Shown here: one piece after another, positions 9,665 through 17,909 of the stretch
Layout: each line of letters starts with the position of its first letter
Position numbering within the stretch: position 1 is the first letter of the stretch
Sequence record: OR608733.1
Direction: 5' to 3' (one strand)
Length of the DNA stretch: 64,000 nt
The notes under the pieces: generated by a model
Databases searched by the model: none
What the model saw: only the letters and a program-made list of their open reading frames with translations
Told to the model about the DNA's origin: nothing
Program-made: the position numbers and the translations under genes

Positions 9665-9943
9665 TTATTTTATTACAATGCCTTCAGCATTGCGTACTGC
9701 TTCTTTAGCAAATTGAACATCTCCAAATACATGTTCAATAAACTTTGATGCATCTGACCCAGCTACATCGCTTGATAGTAGTTTCACAGTCTTGGTAATC
9801 TTACCAGGATAATAGAGGATGATATCCCATCCATCACTTTCTTTAACAGAGCGAATTTTTAGAATAGGCTCTTCTTTACCAAGGTGTTCAAGACTAACAC
9901 CACTTTTGACAGCGGCTTCATATACTACATCAGAGATAGACAT
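9665..9943 (-). CDS. hypothetical protein
   Basis: 92-aa ORF. Confidence 0.8.
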   Translation of the reverse strand: MSISDVVYEAAVKSGVSLEHLGKEEPILKIRSVKESDGWDIILYYPGKITKTVKLLSSDVAGSDASKFIEHVFGDVQFAKEAVRNAEGIVIK

Positions 9944-9970
9944 ATTAGTTACCTTCTTAAAAGAAAGCGG

Positions 9971-10204
9971 TCATGCGACCGCATCTTTAATCAGCGAGAT
10001 AATTCGCGCTGATGGTTCGCGCCAAAATTCAATACGTACATTATTGAACTGGCTATCGTGATGCATAAAAGCTGACGATTGCTTTGCTGCATCGTGATTC
10101 ATAATAGAACGTAGCTGGATAATATTTTTGTCTTTGAGTCGGATACCATCCAGATCAATGACTTTCAGTCCAGAGTTCATAGTTTTTACAGTTACATGTT
10201 GCAT
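9971..10204 (-). CDS. hypothetical protein
   Basis: 77-aa ORF; its 3' end overlaps hairpin GCGGTC/GACCGC (9967-9982). Confidence 0.75.
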   Translation of the reverse strand: MQHVTVKTMNSGLKVIDLDGIRLKDKNIIQLRSIMNHDAAKQSSAFMHHDSQFNNVRIEFWREPSARIISLIKDAVA

Positions 10205-10255
10205 TTACAATTTCCTTTTAGTTGGATTAAAAATCTGTTAAACTTCTTTTATAAG

Positions 10256-10678
10256 TTATTTCGGTTTTGCGATAGCTTTAATGAGTTCCTGTTCAAGTTG
10301 CACGAGTTCATCATCTGCGATGTCGCGTGAAACACACATACACCGTCCTGGTCGTTTATACCAAGTAATGCAGACATCACGCCAAATAAGCGCACCTTCA
10401 TCGATATCATTGAGCCTGAAAGTCTTTAGCTCGTCAGTGTTAAGAGAAGGACCACCAGGATAAGGATAAAATCTTTCGTAATCAATTCCACTATATTTCA
10501 TCACTAGGGCATATAGTGGTGGTTGAACCATTTTCCAATATGAAGCTAATTTAATATCCTCACTTGGTACAGATGCCCAATACTCTTTTTCTGCTTCATC
10601 CATTTCTTCTGGTTTAGGAAGTCCACCAATCAGGCAATATGCATGTTCAGCAACTTCAACTAAGCGTGTATTTTTCAT
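10256..10678 (-). CDS. hypothetical protein
   Basis: 140-aa ORF. Confidence 0.8.
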   Translation of the reverse strand: MKNTRLVEVAEHAYCLIGGLPKPEEMDEAEKEYWASVPSEDIKLASYWKMVQPPLYALVMKYSGIDYERFYPYPGGPSLNTDELKTFRLNDIDEGALIWRDVCITWYKRPGRCMCVSRDIADDELVQLEQELIKAIAKPK

Positions 10679-11019
10679 AGCTTAATCCTAATCTTTGTAA
10701 TACCGCAATCGTGCTCACCGAACTCGACTTTTCTCCAGCCCGCTTCACGCAATCGTGCTTTAACAACCTTCATTACAGATGGAGCAATTTCATCCTTATG
10801 TTCGACAACAATTTCATAACTGCGAATAAAATGGAAGTTGTTGAAACCAGGTAGGTCTTCAAGCATCTTTCTCCGAATACCCGCACAGACTTCATTGGCT
10901 TGCCGTTCAACCAACATTGCATGAATTTCATTTTTGGTCGGAATAGAGCAATTGCCAGTTTCTATTTGAAGAGTTTTGATTGCATTTTCCAAAAGAGATT
11001 TTGAAATACCAAGAGTCAT
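10675..11019 (-). CDS. hypothetical protein (possible paralog of 43794 and 44360 genes)
   Basis: IPT..EI near the N-terminus and L...GW..V near the C-terminus. Confidence 0.75.
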   Translation of the reverse strand: MTLGISKSLLENAIKTLQIETGNCSIPTKNEIHAMLVERQANEVCAGIRRKMLEDLPGFNNFHFIRSYEIVVEHKDEIAPSVMKVVKARLREAGWRKVEFGEHDCGITKIRIKL

Positions 11020-11072
11020 CGTATCAGTTCCCCGTGAGTTAAATAAATTTTAATACGCGTTTTGATGGTTTA

Positions 11073-11432
11073 TTATTTACCAATAGATACAATTACCTCT
11101 TTTAATTTACCATGGTCATTAATTGCCATCTGACAAGTGGGGCACGGATACGCATCCAATGGCCTGCCATCAGCACCGACCCGCGCAACATAGATCCTAT
11201 ATCCTTTTCCTTTGGAGAGGATGATAGAACGCAACTCACTATGCATCTCACAACGTAGATCAGACAATCCTGCTTTTAGAGAATAACGTTTCTGAACAGG
11301 ATGTGTTTTACCATACATATTTTGGCTTTCACTAATAATCCTGCCACGCTTATCAGTAATGACTGAATAAACACGTTGACGATGTTTTACATAAGGGATC
11401 TCGCGACACTTTTCCAAAGCATAATCCAACAT
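11073..11432 (-). CDS. zinc-dependent cytidine/dCMP deaminase-fold protein
   Basis: HSE and PCPTC Zn motifs; start moved to ATG 11432 (AGGT RBS), downstream of the early promoter at 11476. Confidence 0.8.
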   Translation of the reverse strand: MLDYALEKCREIPYVKHRQRVYSVITDKRGRIISESQNMYGKTHPVQKRYSLKAGLSDLRCEMHSELRSIILSKGKGYRIYVARVGADGRPLDAYPCPTCQMAINDHGKLKEVIVSIGK

Positions 11433-11475
11433 AATTGATTTACCTATTTGAAATTTAGATAGTTTTATCACATTT

Positions 11476-11507
11476 GTAATATACTGTTTAAAATGCTTTA
11501 AATACAA
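11476..11507 (-). promoter_or_regulatory. phiKZ-type early promoter
   Basis: TTGTAT-N18-TATATTAC on - strand, just downstream of terminator 11523. Confidence 0.85.
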
Positions 11508-11522
11508 AAAAATAAAATATAA

Positions 11523-11543
11523 GCCCTCCCGCAATGGGAGGGC
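11523..11543 (-). terminator. intrinsic terminator
   Basis: GCCCTCCC/GGGAGGGC stem; identical to 49668-49688. Confidence 0.85.
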
Positions 11544-11556
11544 AATATAATAACTA

Positions 11557-11991
11557 TTACAATTTATTCGCCATTTTACCTGGTACTATAACCCAGTGTA
11601 AATTACATTTAATGTGTTTATTTTTAAGAGACATTCCTGAGATACACACATCCTCTTTGGTTATGCTAATTTTAAATAAAGCTTCCCATTTATTAGCTGT
11701 GATGATTTCATCAACAGTGTGATGGAATTTAAGTGTGTTATCTAATACTGAAATATAAAAGTCTTTATTGGGTTGACCTTTAGTTAAATCAATTATTAAC
11801 CTATTATTTAATTTAGGTGAAAAAGTTGTTAATGTACCATCTTCATTATTTTCAGATATATAAGAGCAACCAGTAACAATGAAGACATTATCATTTACAC
11901 TATTGGCATAAATTATTTTTGGGTGTTTAAAAATATTAATTAGATAAACAATAATTGCTGACAGGATTAGTGCAATTACTATATCAGCCAT
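11557..11991 (-). CDS. N-terminally anchored membrane protein
   Basis: IVIALILSAIIVYLINIF hydrophobic N-terminus. Confidence 0.75.
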   Translation of the reverse strand: MADIVIALILSAIIVYLINIFKHPKIIYANSVNDNVFIVTGCSYISENNEDGTLTTFSPKLNNRLIIDLTKGQPNKDFYISVLDNTLKFHHTVDEIITANKWEALFKISITKEDVCISGMSLKNKHIKCNLHWVIVPGKMANKL

Positions 11992-11993
11992 TA

Positions 11994-12368
11994 TTAACCC
12001 CTATTAACAAAGATAAAATAATCTCGTAGTTCACCAGCTAAATCTAATGGTTGATAATTATCACTACCATCATCATAAGGGATATAATCAGCACCTGCTT
12101 CTACAGCCGCTAAATATTCTTCCTCACCAACTGCTGGAATTAAATGAAACGCTGGGCAATCGTCATTATTGCCATCTAGTATATCTAGCATGCCTGTAAT
12201 GACACTATCTGCTACAGCCCTGTCCCGATCAGCTGGCTCTGTAAATTGATCAAGTTTAGAGTTATTGATAGCATTATCACGCATATTGACAACACTACTA
12301 ATAAATAGTTCTTTAACTTGTTCCTGTGTTACAGGTTTAACATTACCATCGCCTTCAAAATAGATCAT
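11994..12368 (-). CDS. conserved phage hypothetical protein, paralog of 12413-13099
   Basis: Shared LDGN....P.F.LIP.V and D(L/I).G.LR motifs. Confidence 0.8.
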   Translation of the reverse strand: MIYFEGDGNVKPVTQEQVKELFISSVVNMRDNAINNSKLDQFTEPADRDRAVADSVITGMLDILDGNNDDCPAFHLIPAVGEEEYLAAVEAGADYIPYDDGSDNYQPLDLAGELRDYFIFVNRG

Positions 12369-12412
12369 AATTACATACCTTGTTATCAGTAGCTTATAAA
12401 TTTATTAGTTCA

Positions 12413-13099
12413 TTAACGCATTATTCGACTGATATCATCAGCTATTTGTGATTGTATCTTTTCCGCTTTTTCTTTAGCTTTTTCTACTAACATAGCAAGT
12501 TGCTCTTGCGTAAAATTACCCGAGTAATACTTAACAGGTTTCTCACCTGCTAAACTAAGGAAATGGTTCAATAGTGCATGTGGTCCTTTGAAAGGTTCCG
12601 TAAATGTCTTAGAAACTTGATAACGTAGATTACCAGAAATATCAACTGCATCACACTTTGCACGGATATTATCTTTTAAATTTTCAACTGGGTTTACTGG
12701 CCAATAATTCTCACCAATACTTATTAGGTAGTCAATATCCTCTTGAGTAACATTAGGTATAAGTTTGAATCCGGGTATATTTGGATCATTGCCATCTAGG
12801 CCAGCTGCGATGCTATATATAAATCCATCAAGCATATCTCTGATAGATAGTGCCTTATCTGTATTTTGAGTATCGGTATACTGTTTATGCCAGTAATTAC
12901 GTGTGCTTTGAAGCCAATTTACAAAGAGAGAAGTTTGTTCCTCTTTTGTATATTCTCTCGGATCATCTACTTTCTCCCATTCTTTTTGTTTATTTATCTT
13001 AGGAGTCTTAGTTTTCTTTACAGGTTGTTCAATCGGTGAATCTGAAACCTTTGTTTCAAATCCTATACCAACTATAGTTTTATCGGTTGTATTGATCAT
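12413..13099 (-). CDS. conserved phage hypothetical protein, paralog of 11994-12368 with extensions
   Basis: PREYTKEE..LF...LDGNDPNIPGFKLIPNV...GENYWP...DISGNLR. Confidence 0.8.
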   Translation of the reverse strand: MINTTDKTIVGIGFETKVSDSPIEQPVKKTKTPKINKQKEWEKVDDPREYTKEEQTSLFVNWLQSTRNYWHKQYTDTQNTDKALSIRDMLDGFIYSIAAGLDGNDPNIPGFKLIPNVTQEDIDYLISIGENYWPVNPVENLKDNIRAKCDAVDISGNLRYQVSKTFTEPFKGPHALLNHFLSLAGEKPVKYYSGNFTQEQLAMLVEKAKEKAEKIQSQIADDISRIMR

Positions 13100-13326
13100 A
13101 GAACATGAAACCTTTGTATATAGTTTGGTTTTATGCGTTTAGTAAATTGCGCTGAATGCTCAATGTAATAAATGCATTTATCATTAAGTGAATACACTGT
13201 ATAATAGGTTTTAGCACATATATGTCGTATGCCAATAGTAACACATATTTCCCAACCGATCTTTGTAAATACATAACCTAACTGATTAGGCTCTATTTCT
13301 AAACATCTTTTGTCGAAGTTAACCAT
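13096..13326 (-). CDS. hypothetical protein
   Basis: 76-aa ORF. Confidence 0.65.
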   Translation of the reverse strand: MVNFDKRCLEIEPNQLGYVFTKIGWEICVTIGIRHICAKTYYTVYSLNDKCIYYIEHSAQFTKRIKPNYIQRFHVL

Positions 13327-13766
13327 TGTGGCTTCCTCGGAATAGTTCGCAAGTACTGAACAATAAGTCGCGCGAATTCATCCATATCGTCTTCAACTAG
13401 AATTAACTCATCCAATGTATACCAGCCATCATCAGTTGTTTCAATTAGATTAGAATCATCTTTGATTTCTCTATCTAAGATGGCGTATAATCTAGTTGGT
13501 CCAAAATCAGGCTCTTCTATAACCCCAAGATGTATCAAAGAATTTCTATTATTAGTATCATCTGTGATAGTTGGCTGAACACTAATATTGGAAGTTTCCT
13601 CTGGGAAGTTATAACTATCTAAAATAGCAAAATCAGTTAATTGTCTAATAGCCTTTCTAGTGAAATCATAAACCTTCACTATGGGATGAATCACATAGGT
13701 TAGTTTATCATTAACTAAACGTTGCCTTAAATTAATAAATGCGCAGTTATTCATCGACATACTCAT
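13299..13766 (-). CDS. possible degenerate NUDIX-fold protein
   Basis: DD.N.....HLGV...W.TLDEL....DM.EF..LI resembles the C-terminal half of YmaB-type NUDIX proteins; no intact Nudix box. Confidence 0.45.
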   Translation of the reverse strand: MSMSMNNCAFINLRQRLVNDKLTYVIHPIVKVYDFTRKAIRQLTDFAILDSYNFPEETSNISVQPTITDDTNNRNSLIHLGVIEEPDFGPTRLYAILDREIKDDSNLIETTDDGWYTLDELILVEDDMDEFARLIVQYLRTIPRKPQWLTSTKDV

Positions 13767-14121
13767 GTACCATTTTAATAGTTTTCAAAAATACTTCTTG
13801 ATTATTACTATCATCTGCTTTTAGAATAACAGGATGACACATAAATTCATTTTCCAATGATACTCGATAATATTCATTAATTGTCTGAATGAAATCAAGC
13901 GGGGGATAAATAATAATATCCTTATCTGTTTCGGCGTAATTAACTACATTTGGTTCATGTTTAAATTTGGATTTATTTAATTTATAAACAAAGTATTTTA
14001 TATCATTTTTATCTACTTGTGATACAAATACAATTCGTTCATACATTGATAAATCAATATCTTTACCAATATTGATAGACAGTGGCATACCAATAAATGA
14101 GCGTTTAATATTTTCATTCAT
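13747..14121 (-). CDS. hypothetical early protein
   Basis: 124-aa ORF following the early promoter at 14161. Confidence 0.8.
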   Translation of the reverse strand: MNENIKRSFIGMPLSINIGKDIDLSMYERIVFVSQVDKNDIKYFVYKLNKSKFKHEPNVVNYAETDKDIIIYPPLDFIQTINEYYRVSLENEFMCHPVILKADDSNNQEVFLKTIKMVHEYVDE

Positions 14122-14160
14122 TTTTTAATTACCTATTTAATAGTTTAATGTTGTATTAGT

Positions 14161-14192
14161 GTAATATAGATTTCAAAAAAAATTTAATGTAA
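14161..14192 (-). promoter_or_regulatory. phiKZ-type early promoter
   Basis: TATATTAC core; 29 bp identical to 29275-29303. Confidence 0.85.
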
Positions 14193-14194
14193 AA

Positions 14195-14216
14195 GCCCTC
14201 TCCTTTGGGAGAGGGT
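14195..14216 (-). terminator. intrinsic terminator
   Basis: CCCTCTCC/GGAGAGGG stem followed by TTTT on - strand. Confidence 0.8.
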
Positions 14217-14224
14217 TTATGACT

Positions 14225-14332
14225 TTATTTATATTTTTTCTTATGAGTGTGATAAATATAGCTAAATAGCATACCGATTGACATTGATACAGCTACCATA
14301 CCCACATAGAAAAGTTCATTACTAAGTTGCAT
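14225..14332 (-). CDS. 35-aa single-pass membrane peptide (not in ORF track)
   Basis: Hand-translated [35 protein letters not shown]; GAGG RBS; basic C-terminal tail. Confidence 0.65.
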   Translation of the reverse strand: MQLSNELFYVGMVAVSMSIGMLFSYIYHTHKKKYK

Positions 14333-14393
14333 TAGATTTCCTCAAATAGTTTAATTTATCCCACCTAGTTTTAACCGTCCAGTCGGTTAAAAA

Positions 14394-14411
14394 GAGGACC
14401 CGAAGGTCCTC
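14394..14411 (-). terminator. intrinsic terminator closing the exported-protein operon
   Basis: GAGGACC-TTCG-GGTCCTC followed by TTTTT; a second hairpin TTTTAACCG/CGGTTAAAA follows immediately. Confidence 0.85.
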
Positions 14412-14414
14412 TAA

Positions 14415-14654
14415 TTATTTCTTATAACTCTCAGGGCATCCCATTTTGAGTTTGCCATCCTTTGGGTCTTCAGCGAATAATACTTCATCTGGACACTTCT
14501 TAACAGGAGTGTCCTTCGCCTTATCTTCCCATTCTACAACAGGCATTTCTAATTTCTTACGAAATTGATACGTATCATAAAGAACATACGTAATCATTCC
14601 CATAAGAGAGATTACCCATACCCATGCAACAATTAGGATGATTCTAGTTATCAT
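14415..14654 (-). CDS. small membrane-anchored protein with Cys pair
   Basis: N-terminal TM segment; KKCPDE...MGCPES. Confidence 0.75.
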   Translation of the reverse strand: MITRIILIVAWVWVISLMGMITYVLYDTYQFRKKLEMPVVEWEDKAKDTPVKKCPDEVLFAEDPKDGKLKMGCPESYKK

Positions 14655-15021
14655 ACAACTCCTCGCCGACTATATTGAAACACCCATTACTGAGTTTTTC
14701 AGTCAGCATCTCACCAAGATCACTTCCCTCGCTCTTTGCCAAAAGCTTAAGTGCGGGATCAGTGAGATTTTGGTATATTACATCGACATTATCCAATGCG
14801 ATATTAATAGCGAGTGCCTTATCACTCTGGTTTTTATCTATGGCAATGGATAGTTCATCTTGCAGTATTGCATACATCTCCAATGGCTCACCGCCATTAG
14901 TGTAGAATTGAACCATATTCTTTGCCAAGCTGTGCAGCACGTAGCAAGATGACACGGTTACGGGTTGTGCATTAACCGACATTGCTACCATAGTGATAAT
15001 GAGCGAGAAGACGTATTTCAT
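14644..15021 (-). CDS. exported helical protein, two-Cys family
   Basis: Signal peptide ending VNA; VTVSSC...NGCFNIVGEEL. Confidence 0.8.
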   Translation of the reverse strand: MKYVFSLIITMVAMSVNAQPVTVSSCYVLHSLAKNMVQFYTNGGEPLEMYAILQDELSIAIDKNQSDKALAINIALDNVDVIYQNLTDPALKLLAKSEGSDLGEMLTEKLSNGCFNIVGEELYDN

Positions 15022-15053
15022 CCTATTTTCCTTTTGAAAGTATTCGATATGAA

Positions 15054-15509
15054 TTAAATGAGTTCAACAATTACCATGTGAGTGAATTTCTCACCAATAT
15101 GCTTCATGCAGTAATTGCCATAATACCCGCTGATAAAAGCTGCCAGATTAGGAGTAGTCACATTGTAACCTTGACTACGGATATAATCATGGATCTCTTT
15201 ACTGTTAAGGTCATTATTGATTTTATTAAGACTATTGAATACGAATGTTAACGCAATCCAATTATTGGTATCCAACTCATCTTTGAGTTTAGCAGAGTTG
15301 TTGAGCATAAGCACACCAACTTCATCTGCGCTATGACCTTCACTCATTCGAAATACAGCTTGTTTAGTAATGGTTTCAACCATTGCACACGACTGCACAG
15401 TGAGTTGAACATCTTTTTTACCAATCTTGATTTCAGCCATTGCGGTATTGAACATGATACCGGTAATGGCAATGAGACCAGCGAAAGCTGCTGCAATTAC
15501 ATTTTTCAT
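15054..15509 (-). CDS. exported helical protein, two-Cys family
   Basis: Signal peptide ending AMA; LTVQSC...NYCMKHIGEKF. Confidence 0.8.
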   Translation of the reverse strand: MKNVIAAAFAGLIAITGIMFNTAMAEIKIGKKDVQLTVQSCAMVETITKQAVFRMSEGHSADEVGVLMLNNSAKLKDELDTNNWIALTFVFNSLNKINNDLNSKEIHDYIRSQGYNVTTPNLAAFISGYYGNYCMKHIGEKFTHMVIVELI

Positions 15510-15526
15510 TTTAAATCCTTCTTCAT

Positions 15527-15910
15527 TTATTTAATGGTAAGAATAGTAATTTTTTCAGGATTTACTGGAACTTTAATTTTAGATTTATGTTGGAGAAACT
15601 CAACAACCACCATAGACTTATCCATTTTATACACTTCACATACTTTGACAAGCCTATCTACTACGCAACCAATTTTACCGGCATTTTGAGAAAAGAAAGA
15701 TTTTGCTTTTCTAATAGCCTCGCGTTTCTCAAGCATTTCCATATGCATATTTTCAATATGTTTATCGCGTTGAACACGATTAAACTTACGCATATGTCGT
15801 TCGATCTTACTAATTTCAGAAGAGTGTAATGAATAAGCAGCAGCTTCTTTCAGTTTCTCATATACTTCCACTGCCATTACCACGTGATCATCTTCAAAAT
15901 TTCTTTTCAT
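15527..15910 (-). CDS. hypothetical protein, paralog of 40274-40876
   Basis: Shared M.RN...V.M..E.Y..L...I.RH.RK.N...IR.A..FF..N..KI. Confidence 0.8.
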   Translation of the reverse strand: MKRNFEDDHVVMAVEVYEKLKEAAAYSLHSSEISKIERHMRKFNRVQRDKHIENMHMEMLEKREAIRKAKSFFSQNAGKIGCVVDRLVKVCEVYKMDKSMVVVEFLQHKSKIKVPVNPEKITILTIK

Positions 15911-15923
15911 ATCTATGCCTTTT

Positions 15924-16718
15924 TTACTGTTTGATTAAATTTGACACTGCTTCTTGTTTACATTGAGTATTCATCCATAATGCAATGTCTTTGGGTTCTT
16001 GTCCAGTTTCCACCATATCGATAATGATACGGGTATTACGTTGTGCTTTCTCACGGGCATTTAACATATCAGGATCATTAATAATGAATTCCCTACCCAT
16101 AACTGGATCTAATCCAATATAAGCTTTAGATGCAATAGTTCTCACCATTGCTTCATATTGGTCACATCCACGTTCAGTTAATACAAGGTTATCTGCATTG
16201 GCACTACCGCCAAATAGCAAACCTAGGAATCCATAGAAAAAAGTGTGACGTATTGTCTTCCAACAAATACGCATCTCTTCATTTTTTGTATAAAGCTTTT
16301 CCCAATCAAACATTAAATAGAAACTTTCTTTTTGGATAGAAGGGTGTAACCAAATAGGTTTAATACTTACTTCAAGAAGTTTACTATTTGGATTTTTACC
16401 AATAAAGATAACTTCAACAATGGCTCGTGCTAAAGCATCTTTTTCTTTACCATTCCATCCAAATTTTATTTCATCAGCCGTGATATAAAGACGTATTCCG
16501 TCACCCACGTATTTGGGTAACCAAACAGCTTTACCTAGTTGCATTGGAACACTATTAGGGATCCCCCCAACCATCCAGGTAGCATTGGTGAAATGAATAG
16601 CGACATCATCATTTAACCACTTTAGAATAGCTGGCCTTACCCAGCTATCTACCAAATTACCACATGTCAATGCAGCTAGCATAGCCATGAGTATAATGAC
16701 AATATAAATACTAACCAT
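15924..16718 (-). CDS. membrane protein fused to a two-Cys exported-family domain
   Basis: N-terminal TM; internal signal-like segment ending ANA, then LTERGC...NTQCKQ. Confidence 0.75.
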   Translation of the reverse strand: MVSIYIVIILMAMLAALTCGNLVDSWVRPAILKWLNDDVAIHFTNATWMVGGIPNSVPMQLGKAVWLPKYVGDGIRLYITADEIKFGWNGKEKDALARAIVEVIFIGKNPNSKLLEVSIKPIWLHPSIQKESFYLMFDWEKLYTKNEEMRICWKTIRHTFFYGFLGLLFGGSANADNLVLTERGCDQYEAMVRTIASKAYIGLDPVMGREFIINDPDMLNAREKAQRNTRIIIDMVETGQEPKDIALWMNTQCKQEAVSNLIKQ

Positions 16719-16721
16719 ATT

Positions 16722-17081
16722 CTACTCCAAGTTAAATTTAGTACCAATTGCTTCAACACAGTTTTCAGCTAGCCTATCTAGAATAGCTCCATTGGTAAAT
16801 CCTTTTCGTTTATTTACGCGAATATCAACTAAGTTTAATTTAGCATATACGGTACCTGCATAGAACTCTAAGTCATCCATATCCTTACGAGAGATCATAT
16901 CTAACTGCATCATTATCTCAAATTGGGATAGGTTCTTATCATAAAGCTCAGTTGCTTTTTGTGAAAGATTTACTGCCACATTACATGATTTCTTAGTAAT
17001 ACCCACTTCTACAGCGTGGGCAGGCTGACATGCAATGGACAGGATTGGCAGGAAAAGGAATAATAGCCAATTCTTAAGCAT
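16722..17081 (-). CDS. exported helical protein, two-Cys family
   Basis: Signal peptide ending QPAHA; ITKKSC...ENCVEAIGTKF. Confidence 0.8.
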   Translation of the reverse strand: MLKNWLLFLFLPILSIACQPAHAVEVGITKKSCNVAVNLSQKATELYDKNLSQFEIMMQLDMISRKDMDDLEFYAGTVYAKLNLVDIRVNKRKGFTNGAILDRLAENCVEAIGTKFNLE

Positions 17082-17093
17082 GTTGTACCTCCA

Positions 17094-17501
17094 TTATTTT
17101 AGAGTAAGTGGTTTTGCTTCAAACGCACCTGCCGCTACACAACGCTGGAAATAACCATCAATGATGAATTTCTCAGGAGTGGTCTTATAGACTTTAGCAG
17201 CATTTGTTGCACGTGGCAAACTTGCCTCAATTGCCATTTTATCTACCTTAGACCATAGGTAAAATAGACCAGTGAGTTCTTCAACTTTAGACTGGTTGGT
17301 CTTTAGATCTTTAGTGTTATTAAGGATATAATGAATCCTTTCATAAGTCTTCATTTGCACTTCAGTTACAGATGCACCTTTTACAAACAATTCATCTGCC
17401 TGTTTTACAAACTCGATGCATGAATCACGATTAGTGTACATGACAGCCGAGTTAGCAGTGATAGTTACAATAGACAACATAAATACAATTACATATTTCA
17501 T
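17094..17501 (-). CDS. exported helical protein, two-Cys family
   Basis: Signal peptide MKYVIVFMLSIVTITANS; TNRDSC...QRCVAAG. Confidence 0.8.
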   Translation of the reverse strand: MKYVIVFMLSIVTITANSAVMYTNRDSCIEFVKQADELFVKGASVTEVQMKTYERIHYILNNTKDLKTNQSKVEELTGLFYLWSKVDKMAIEASLPRATNAAKVYKTTPEKFIIDGYFQRCVAAGAFEAKPLTLK

Positions 17502-17527
17502 AATGAATTACCTCAAAATTAATTTTA

Positions 17528-17791
17528 TTAACTATTGGTTTCACCACGAGTATTGAATTCTAAATCCAATACAACTTTAGTAAATTCTTCCAGTGCACCA
17601 CCCTCGTAGATGAGTGGGTCACTGTCACCCCGGTACATGCTACCTACCGGTACTTGACCACGAAACACCATCAGCATATCGTTTTTTACTATGACATGAT
17701 GTTCATCCCCGACAGCAATGTCTTGGATGTGTCTCCAGCGTTCACGCAGTAAGCTGCAAGCGCACCATACGGATTTCAAACGTTCAGTCAT
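17528..17791 (-). CDS. hypothetical early protein
   Basis: First ORF after the promoter at 17825. Confidence 0.8.
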   Translation of the reverse strand: MTERLKSVWCACSLLRERWRHIQDIAVGDEHHVIVKNDMLMVFRGQVPVGSMYRGDSDPLIYEGGALEEFTKVVLDLEFNTRGETNS

Positions 17792-17824
17792 TGTATTGCC
17801 CTCTTGGTTATTAAATTCATATTT

Positions 17825-17856
17825 GTAATATAGCTTTTTAAATAGTTTAAATACAA
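17825..17856 (-). promoter_or_regulatory. phiKZ-type early promoter
   Basis: TTGTAT-N18-TATATTAC. Confidence 0.85.
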
Positions 17857-17871
17857 AAAAAGATAAATAAA

Positions 17872-17891
17872 ACCCTCCCCGAAGGGAGGGT
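17872..17891 (-). terminator. intrinsic terminator
   Basis: ACCCTCCC-TTCG-GGGAGGGT followed by T run. Confidence 0.85.
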
Positions 17892-17909
17892 GTATATTAA
17901 GTAATTATT

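Noticed and set aside
11433-11534. Upstream extension of the deaminase ORF to 11534 (similarly 21951, 22655, 40182 and 59433 starts)
   Set aside because: The extensions run through promoter/terminator or other intergenic DNA or overlap the upstream gene; downstream ATGs have proper RBSs
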